A stretch of 64,000 nt of DNA from a virus. The position numbers were made by a program, and so were the translations under genes. Positions 57,709-64,000 of this stretch are shown here, piece by piece. The stretch covers positions 32,001 through 96,000 of IMG/VR virus record IMGVR_UViG_3300022752_000025. One strand, 5' to 3'. The notes below the pieces were generated by a model. That model made no database searches. It was given only the letters and a program-made list of their open reading frames with translations, and was not told where the DNA came from. The number at the start of each line of letters is the position of its first letter. Within the stretch, counting starts at the first letter, position 1.

Positions 57709-58017
57709 ATGAATAAAAAAACAACTAATACAAATAAAAACGAAACACAAAAATCAGATTGGGCAAAAAGAGATGTAGGCGCTCTCTGGAAAAGAGAAAG
57801 TGCTACTCAAAAATATCTTTCTGGTTATGTAAAGGTAGATGAACTTGGTGTTGAAACAGAGGTAAAAATTGTAGTATTCTCCAACAAAAACAAGAAGGAT
57901 AATGCAAAAGCTCCAGATTATAGAATTTATCTATCTAAGCCAGCTCAACAAGCTCCAGCTTCAGTATCAAAAGTTGAGCAAGAGGATTCTTCAGAATCAA
58001 CTGATGATGTTCTATAA
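57709..58017 (+). CDS. DUF736-like / putative ssDNA-binding protein
   Basis: VGALWK, YLSG, APDYRIY, acidic tail. Confidence 0.65.
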   Translation: MNKKTTNTNKNETQKSDWAKRDVGALWKRESATQKYLSGYVKVDELGVETEVKIVVFSNKNKKDNAKAPDYRIYLSKPAQQAPASVSKVEQEDSSESTDDVL

Positions 58018-59102
58018 TGGAATTTAGCTTAAATTTACCGATAAATTCGGTATCTTTTGGACAGGTATCTACCTTATTATTAAGAGAATTATTCTTAAAA
58101 AATAAGGTAGTTCCTATTTTCCCAATAGGTCAACCAGATTTATCTTCTCAAAATATTGAAAAAGATTTTGGAGAATGGCTACAGTCAAATATAAATTTAA
58201 GTTTATCTAAACATTCTAGAAAAAATAAAATTTTTAAACTTTGGCATATTAATGGAAGTTTAGAAAGTTTTTCAGAAAAGCAAATCCTTTTTTCATTTTA
58301 TGAATTAGATTCACCAACAGAAGTAGAGCTTAATATTATTAAGAATAATGATAAAGTATTATTTTCTTCCAAATATTCTATTGATATATTTAAAAAATAT
58401 GGATGTAATAATATTGATTATTTACCTCTTGCTTTCGATAAATATAACTTCAAAAAATTAGAAAAAGATTTTTTCTCAGATAGAATAGTTTTCAATCTTT
58501 TAGGCAAACTAGAAAAAAGAAAACATCATAAAAAAATAATACAAACTTGGCTTAAAAAATTTGGTAATGATAAAAGATATCACCTTCAATGTGCTATATT
58601 TAATCCATTTTTAAAACCAGAAGATCAACAGAATTTAATTCAACACTCTATATTAGAAAATAAAAATTTCTTTAATATTTCATTTTTAAATTTTATACAA
58701 AAGAATTCAGATTATAATGATTTAATTAATAGCGCAGATATAGTATTAGGAATGAGCGGAGCAGAAGGCTGGGGATTGCCAGAATTTCATTCTACTGCTA
58801 TAGGAAAACATGCTGTAATATTAAATGCTCATGCTTATAAAGAATGGGCTAATAATGAAAATTCAATTCTAGTTAATCCTTCTTCTAAAATTGAAGCTTA
58901 TGATAATATGTTTTTTCACAAAGGACAAATATTCAATCAAGGCAATATTTATGATTTCAATGAAGATGAATTCATTAGCGCATGTGAAAAAGCTATAGAA
59001 AAAGTTTCAATATCAAAAGTAAATAAATCTGGATTAAAATTACAAGAAGAATTTAGTTCTGAAAAATTTGCAGATAATGTATTGAATATAATTCAAAAAT
59101 GA
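58017..59102 (+). CDS. GT-B (GT4-like) glycosyltransferase
   Basis: GKLEKRK and AEGWGLP motifs. Confidence 0.8.
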   Translation: MEFSLNLPINSVSFGQVSTLLLRELFLKNKVVPIFPIGQPDLSSQNIEKDFGEWLQSNINLSLSKHSRKNKIFKLWHINGSLESFSEKQILFSFYELDSPTEVELNIIKNNDKVLFSSKYSIDIFKKYGCNNIDYLPLAFDKYNFKKLEKDFFSDRIVFNLLGKLEKRKHHKKIIQTWLKKFGNDKRYHLQCAIFNPFLKPEDQQNLIQHSILENKNFFNISFLNFIQKNSDYNDLINSADIVLGMSGAEGWGLPEFHSTAIGKHAVILNAHAYKEWANNENSILVNPSSKIEAYDNMFFHKGQIFNQGNIYDFNEDEFISACEKAIEKVSISKVNKSGLKLQEEFSSEKFADNVLNIIQK

Positions 59103-59103
59103 T

Positions 59104-59454
59104 ATGCCTCAATATTTATATCAAAATCCAAAAACAAAAGAAATCATAGAACTTATACAAAGTATTCATGATAAACATGAATATATTGATGAAAATGGAT
59201 TAAAATGGAATAGAATTTTTACTGTACCAGAAATAAATACTCAAGATAGATTAACAGAAAAATCCACAGAAAAAGATTTTGCTAGAATTACATCTTCACA
59301 AAAAGGTACTGTAGGTGACCTATGGGATAGAAGTCAAGAGCTTTCTCAAAAAAGAGAAAAAGTTTATGGAGAAGATAAAGTCAAGAAAAAATATTTTGAA
59401 AACTGGTCTAAAAAACGCAAAGGAAAGATACACCCAAAAAGTAATTTAGATTAA
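59104..59454 (+). CDS. FmdB-like small protein (Cys-less)
   Basis: MPQYLYQ..EIIE..H..W.RIF. Confidence 0.6.
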   Translation: MPQYLYQNPKTKEIIELIQSIHDKHEYIDENGLKWNRIFTVPEINTQDRLTEKSTEKDFARITSSQKGTVGDLWDRSQELSQKREKVYGEDKVKKKYFENWSKKRKGKIHPKSNLD

Positions 59455-59529
59455 AATTGTTTATAACTTTCTAGTTTTTTCTTTTTTAATATCTAAAATT
59501 AATGTAATATAAGATTCACACGTAGTCTT

Positions 59530-61785
59530 ATGAACATTAAAGTAAAAAAAAGAAATGGTTCTTCAGAAAAATTTAATATTGAAAAAATACATAGAGTTAT
59601 AAATTGGGCAATAAAAGACCTTAATGGAGTTAGTTTAACTGATATTGAAATCAATGCTAAAATAAATATTCATGAAGGAATATTTACAAAAGAGATTCAT
59701 AAATTACTAATTGAATCTGCGGCAAATTTAATTTCTGCAGAAAAACCAAATTATCAATTTGTTGCTGGAAGACTTTTAAATTATCAATTAAGAAAAGATG
59801 TATGGAAAGGTAAACACGCACCAAGACTTTTAGAGTTTTTACAACAGGGATTAAAATATAAAATATACGATTCTATCGTTTTAGAAAAATATACTGAAGA
59901 TGAAATTAATAAAATGGGCGAATTCATTGATCATGAAAGAGATTATAATTTTACTTATGCAGGCATAAAACAATTGTGCGATAAATATCTTATTAAAGAT
60001 AGAGTGTCTGGAAGAATTTATGAAACACCACAATTCGCATATATTTTAATCGCTGCTTATGCATTTATTAATTATCCAATAGAGACAAGATTAAATTATA
60101 TACGAAAATTTTACGATGCAATAAGTAAACATAAAATTAATCTACCAACTCCAGTTATGGCTGGAGTAAGAACTCCAAGTAAAAATTATGCAAGTTGCTG
60201 TTTAATTGGAGTTGATGATACAAAAGATAGTATAACTGCTAGTGCTACAGCAGTCAGTATGGCTACCGCCAGCAGATGCGGAATAGGAATTGATGTTTCT
60301 AAAATTAGAGCAATAGGTTCTCCGATTAAGAATGGTGAAGTTGTACATACTGGACTAATTCCATTTTTAAAAATATACGAAAGTAGCGTTAAAGCTTGGC
60401 AGCAAAATGGATTAAGAGGTGGTAGTGCTACTTGTAATATTCAATGGTGGCATTATGAGATAGAAGATATTATAGTATTAAAAAATAACGCAGGGACTGA
60501 CGATAATCGTGTCCGTAAGTTAGATTATACAATTGGTATGAGCAAATTATTTTATGATAGAGTTCTTAAAGATGAAGATGTAACTTTATTTAATACTGCT
60601 GAAGTTCCAGAGTTATATGAAGCTTGGGGAACAAAAGAATTTGATAAAATATACAAAGAATGTGAATCTAAAAAATTAAAAATTAAAAAGAAAATATCTG
60701 CGCGTAAATTATTTTCTTTAATAATTAAAGAAAGAGTAGAAACTGGCAGAATTTATATTTTAAATGTTGATCATGCAAATAATCATAGCGCGTGGTTAGA
60801 CAAAGTTACAATGAGTAATCTTTGTACAGAGGTTATTCAACCTACAATTCCTCTTAATGATTATCACGATAAAGAAGGGGAAATTGGAATGTGTATTCTT
60901 TCGGCTATTAATATGTTAGAAATTAAAAATTGGCAGGACCTAGAAAAGACTTGTGATCTAATTGTTAGATTTTTAGATGAAATTATTGAAATTCAAGATT
61001 ATTTTAATATTGCTGCCGAAAATTTTGCAAAAAAACGTCGTAGCCTTGGAATAGGAATAACTAATTTAGCAGCTTATCTTGCTAAAAATGAATTAAAGTA
61101 TACTTCCGATAAAACCTTACCAATAATTGATGAATGGATGGAGCATTTTCAATATTATCTTCTAAAATCAAGTATTGAATTAGCTAAAGAAAAAGGTAAA
61201 TGTGAAAAATTTAATCATACTAAATATTCAAAAGGTATTCTTCCTATTGATACTTATAAAGATAAATTAGATGAACTTTGTAAAAGAAAATTATCCTTAA
61301 ATTGGGAAGATTTAAGAAAAGAAATTAAAGAATATGGATTAAGACATTCTACATTATCGTCATGTATGCCATGCGAAAGTAGCTCAGTTATTCAATCATC
61401 AACTAATGGAGTAGAACCAATTCGCAGTCTAATAACTTATAAAATGAGTAAGATGGGTAAATTACCTGTTCTCGTTCCAGGGATTGGTAAATATGATAAA
61501 AATTATGAACTAGCTTACGATTTAAAAGATAATTCTGGTTTACTTAGAATTAATGCTATTATTCAAAAATATATTGACATGGCTATATCAACTAATGTAT
61601 ACTATAATTATTCTCACTATGAAAACAATGTTCTTCCAGACGCTAAAGTAATGAAAGAAATTATGTTAGCTTATTCTCTTGGTCTAATAAGTCTATATTA
61701 TAATAATACAGATGATGGAGATAAAGAACAACTTATGAATCAAAAAGAAGACCGCGATTGTTCATCTGGTGCGTGTAAATTGTAG
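59530..61785 (+). CDS. nrdA: Ribonucleotide reductase class Ia alpha subunit
   Basis: ATP cone VKKRNG, PTPVMAG, SCC, SNLCTE, MPCESSS, C-terminal CSSGACKL. Confidence 0.97.
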   Translation: MNIKVKKRNGSSEKFNIEKIHRVINWAIKDLNGVSLTDIEINAKINIHEGIFTKEIHKLLIESAANLISAEKPNYQFVAGRLLNYQLRKDVWKGKHAPRLLEFLQQGLKYKIYDSIVLEKYTEDEINKMGEFIDHERDYNFTYAGIKQLCDKYLIKDRVSGRIYETPQFAYILIAAYAFINYPIETRLNYIRKFYDAISKHKINLPTPVMAGVRTPSKNYASCCLIGVDDTKDSITASATAVSMATASRCGIGIDVSKIRAIGSPIKNGEVVHTGLIPFLKIYESSVKAWQQNGLRGGSATCNIQWWHYEIEDIIVLKNNAGTDDNRVRKLDYTIGMSKLFYDRVLKDEDVTLFNTAEVPELYEAWGTKEFDKIYKECESKKLKIKKKISARKLFSLIIKERVETGRIYILNVDHANNHSAWLDKVTMSNLCTEVIQPTIPLNDYHDKEGEIGMCILSAINMLEIKNWQDLEKTCDLIVRFLDEIIEIQDYFNIAAENFAKKRRSLGIGITNLAAYLAKNELKYTSDKTLPIIDEWMEHFQYYLLKSSIELAKEKGKCEKFNHTKYSKGILPIDTYKDKLDELCKRKLSLNWEDLRKEIKEYGLRHSTLSSCMPCESSSVIQSSTNGVEPIRSLITYKMSKMGKLPVLVPGIGKYDKNYELAYDLKDNSGLLRINAIIQKYIDMAISTNVYYNYSHYENNVLPDAKVMKEIMLAYSLGLISLYYNNTDDGDKEQLMNQKEDRDCSSGACKL

Positions 61786-61788
61786 CCA

Positions 61789-62853
61789 ATGAAAAGCGTT
61801 TTAAATATAAAAAATATAGATCACACAAAACAACCATTATTTTTTGGAGAGGATCTTAATTTACAAAGATATGATCGTTTTAAATATCCTATTTTTTTTG
61901 AATTATTTAAAAAACAAGAAGAATTTTTCTGGTGGCCTCATGAAATAGCATTAAATAAAGACCGTAGCGATTATAAAGACCTAGCTGGGCAAGAAAGATT
62001 TGTATTTGATACTAATTTAAAATTTCAAACTCTCGGTGATAGCATGCTTTCTAGAAGTATACATTCTCTTAAAGATTATGTAAGTAATCCAGAATTAGAA
62101 ATATGCATGAATACTTGGCAAAGATTTGAAGGGATTCATAGTTATTCTTATTCATATCTACTTAATAATGTTCATCCAGACGCAAGTAAATTTTTTGATA
62201 GCATTATGGAAGATAAAGAAATTGTATCTCGCGCAGAGTTAATTAGGAATAATTTTGATAAAATTCTTGGTAATGACGATAAAAAAGATTTAAAACAAAA
62301 AATATTCGACTGCATTCTTTCAGTTAATGTAATGGAAGGCCTTGTGTTTTATGTTTCATTTGCGTGCTCTTTTTATTTTGGATATCGTGGTAAAATGGAA
62401 GGTAACGCTAAAATTATTAAATTTATTCAAAGAGATGAATCTTTGCATTTTGCTACTACTCAAAATTTAATTAAAATTTTAAAAGAAGAAGATAAAGAAG
62501 GCTTTACTTCAATAGTAAAAAAGAACGAAGATAAAATATATGCATTTTATGAACAGGCAGCTAAAAATGAAATTGAATGGGCAGAATATTTATTTAGTAA
62601 AGGCTCTTTATTAGGTTTAAATGCAGAAGTTTTAGGAGGTTATTCTAAATGGCTTTGCGATGCTCGTTTACGTTCATTAGGATATAAGAAAATTTTTAAT
62701 CAAAAAGACAATCCTATCGCAGGATGGCTAGACAGTTATCTAGATAGCAGTAAAGTACAAGTGGCTCCTCAGGAGACAGAAATATCAACCTATAAAATAG
62801 GTGCCAGAAAAACAGATATATCCGATGATGATTTTAATAATTTAAGTTTATGA
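61789..62853 (+). CDS. nrdB: Ribonucleotide reductase class Ia beta subunit
   Basis: FQTLGDS, EGIHSYSY, MEGLVFYVSF, RDESLH, VAPQETEISTY. Confidence 0.97.
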   Translation: MKSVLNIKNIDHTKQPLFFGEDLNLQRYDRFKYPIFFELFKKQEEFFWWPHEIALNKDRSDYKDLAGQERFVFDTNLKFQTLGDSMLSRSIHSLKDYVSNPELEICMNTWQRFEGIHSYSYSYLLNNVHPDASKFFDSIMEDKEIVSRAELIRNNFDKILGNDDKKDLKQKIFDCILSVNVMEGLVFYVSFACSFYFGYRGKMEGNAKIIKFIQRDESLHFATTQNLIKILKEEDKEGFTSIVKKNEDKIYAFYEQAAKNEIEWAEYLFSKGSLLGLNAEVLGGYSKWLCDARLRSLGYKKIFNQKDNPIAGWLDSYLDSSKVQVAPQETEISTYKIGARKTDISDDDFNNLSL

Positions 62854-62855
62854 CT

Positions 62856-63638
62856 TTATTCACATCTACCATTTGGATTTTTAGGTCCATAGGGTCCGAA
62901 TAGAGTTGTACCTAAAACGATAGGTATTCCTAAATTTTGTGCAAAAAGTTCACAACTATATTTTTGATAGTGGTTTTTACCTCGATGTCCACATAAAATG
63001 TTAAGCGGTGCGTAGAAATAATATGTTTCAAAATCACATGGCGTCAGTATATTATATACTAGAAAAGGCTTTGGAGGTATATAATAACCATCAAGACTTA
63101 CGGTAATAAATCTAACGTATTTTGCTCCGCTTGTATCTGGATCTTTCCAGACATCTGGAAAGTAGCCTAGACTATGAAATAATACAAATACATCTAACTC
63201 TAAATTTTCAGTATTATTGATCTCGAATGGTTTTGATAATGTTCCAGAAATTTGATTTTTCATAAAACTATCTAATGATCCTTGCTCTAAATATATAAAT
63301 ACTCTTTTGCCATATGTATAAACTTTTGAGCCATCAACCCATACTTTTTTATCTTCAATTTTATCTATTAGATTCAAATAAATGTTATTTTCATCTTCTT
63401 TTTCTACATAGAAAGCTTGTTTATAAGTTTTAGTTAATTTTTCAGATATTTTTTTATTTTTAATAATAGGTAAAGCTTTATTAAATCCAGGAAATTTATG
63501 CCAAGCCGCAATCATATTTTGACCAAGAAAATCATTATTGTTATATTTTTCTGTAGAATTATATTTTTTACTATTATATAGTATATATGCTTTTTCATCC
63601 CCAAAAACAGTATTTTTAATAAAAAAAGATTTTTCCAT
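62856..63638 (-). CDS. Hypothetical protein
   Basis: 260 aa ORF; GTGTATA variant motif upstream. Confidence 0.7.
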   Translation of the reverse strand: MEKSFFIKNTVFGDEKAYILYNSKKYNSTEKYNNNDFLGQNMIAAWHKFPGFNKALPIIKNKKISEKLTKTYKQAFYVEKEDENNIYLNLIDKIEDKKVWVDGSKVYTYGKRVFIYLEQGSLDSFMKNQISGTLSKPFEINNTENLELDVFVLFHSLGYFPDVWKDPDTSGAKYVRFITVSLDGYYIPPKPFLVYNILTPCDFETYYFYAPLNILCGHRGKNHYQKYSCELFAQNLGIPIVLGTTLFGPYGPKNPNGRCE

Positions 63639-63674
63639 ATATAAATATATACACTATTAAGTGTAATTATTATT

Positions 63675-64000
63675 ATGAATTTGGATTTAAATCAATTATT
63701 TAACATAATTTTAGGAGCTTTAACATTTCTAGGTGGATGGCTTTTTACTAGAGTATTCTCTTTATTTGATAGACAAGAGAATTTAATGAAAGAGATAAAT
63801 GATAAAACATTTACTGATTTTATAACTTTAAGAAAAGAAGTAGAAGCAGAGGGTAGGAAGCATCAACAAGAAATTGCAGACTTAGCGCTTAAAATATCAA
63901 CTACATATGTCACAAAAGAATCATTTGAAGCGTATTTTGATAGAATTGAAGCTAAACTCGATAGAAATTTTGAGATAATACAGCAATATTTAATGAACAA
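63675..64000 (+). CDS. N-terminal TM + coiled-coil protein (holin-like), 3'-truncated
   Basis: MNLDLNQLFNIILGALTFLGGWLF...YVTKE..DRIEAKLD; GTGTAAT-N7-ATG. Confidence 0.7.
   Translation, partial: MNLDLNQLFNIILGALTFLGGWLFTRVFSLFDRQENLMKEINDKTFTDFITLRKEVEAEGRKHQQEIADLALKISTTYVTKESFEAYFDRIEAKLDRNFEIIQQYLMN

Noticed and set aside
59530-62853. Introns or inteins in nrdA/nrdB
   Set aside because: Both are continuous ORFs of normal class Ia length
1-64000. Stop-codon reassignment
   Set aside because: Conserved long genes are intact under code 11, TAG ends nrdA right after CKL, TGA ends nrdB, and no suppressor tRNA was found

Overview
AT-rich, gene-dense 64 kb segment of a large (probably jumbo/T4-scale) dsDNA bacteriophage genome, standard code 11. 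Host is uncertain; a DUF4032-like gene hints at Verrucomicrobiota (inference only). Layout: (1) 1-10 kb accessory/early region of mixed orientation (gp88-like, ArdC, DUF932, tRNAs) punctuated by eight copies of a fixed-geometry 73-bp element (25-bp palindrome + 23-bp GC-rich spacer + 25-bp palindrome); (2) 10-32 kb minus-strand run of small hypotheticals, many with their own TTGACA-N16-TAnnnT-N6-ATG leaderless promoter, plus several structured non-coding RNAs; (3) 26-40 kb DNA repair/recombination genes (HhH glycosylase, RuvB-like, rIIA/rIIB, ATP-dependent ligase, HNH-AP2, UvsE); (4) 41.8-52 kb glycosylation and probable virion genes, including a plant HPAT/SERGT1-like glycosyltransferase close to an extensin-like Ser-Pro(n) protein; (5) an ORF-less group I intron core in an intergenic gap at 52.4-52.6 kb; (6) nucleotide metabolism and transcription (purA, IMPDH/GMPR, dCMP deaminase, dNMP kinase, sigma-like factor, nrdAB). 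Eleven tRNAs were read, three with unusual structure or anticodon. All family calls come from motif recognition by eye; no database search was run.
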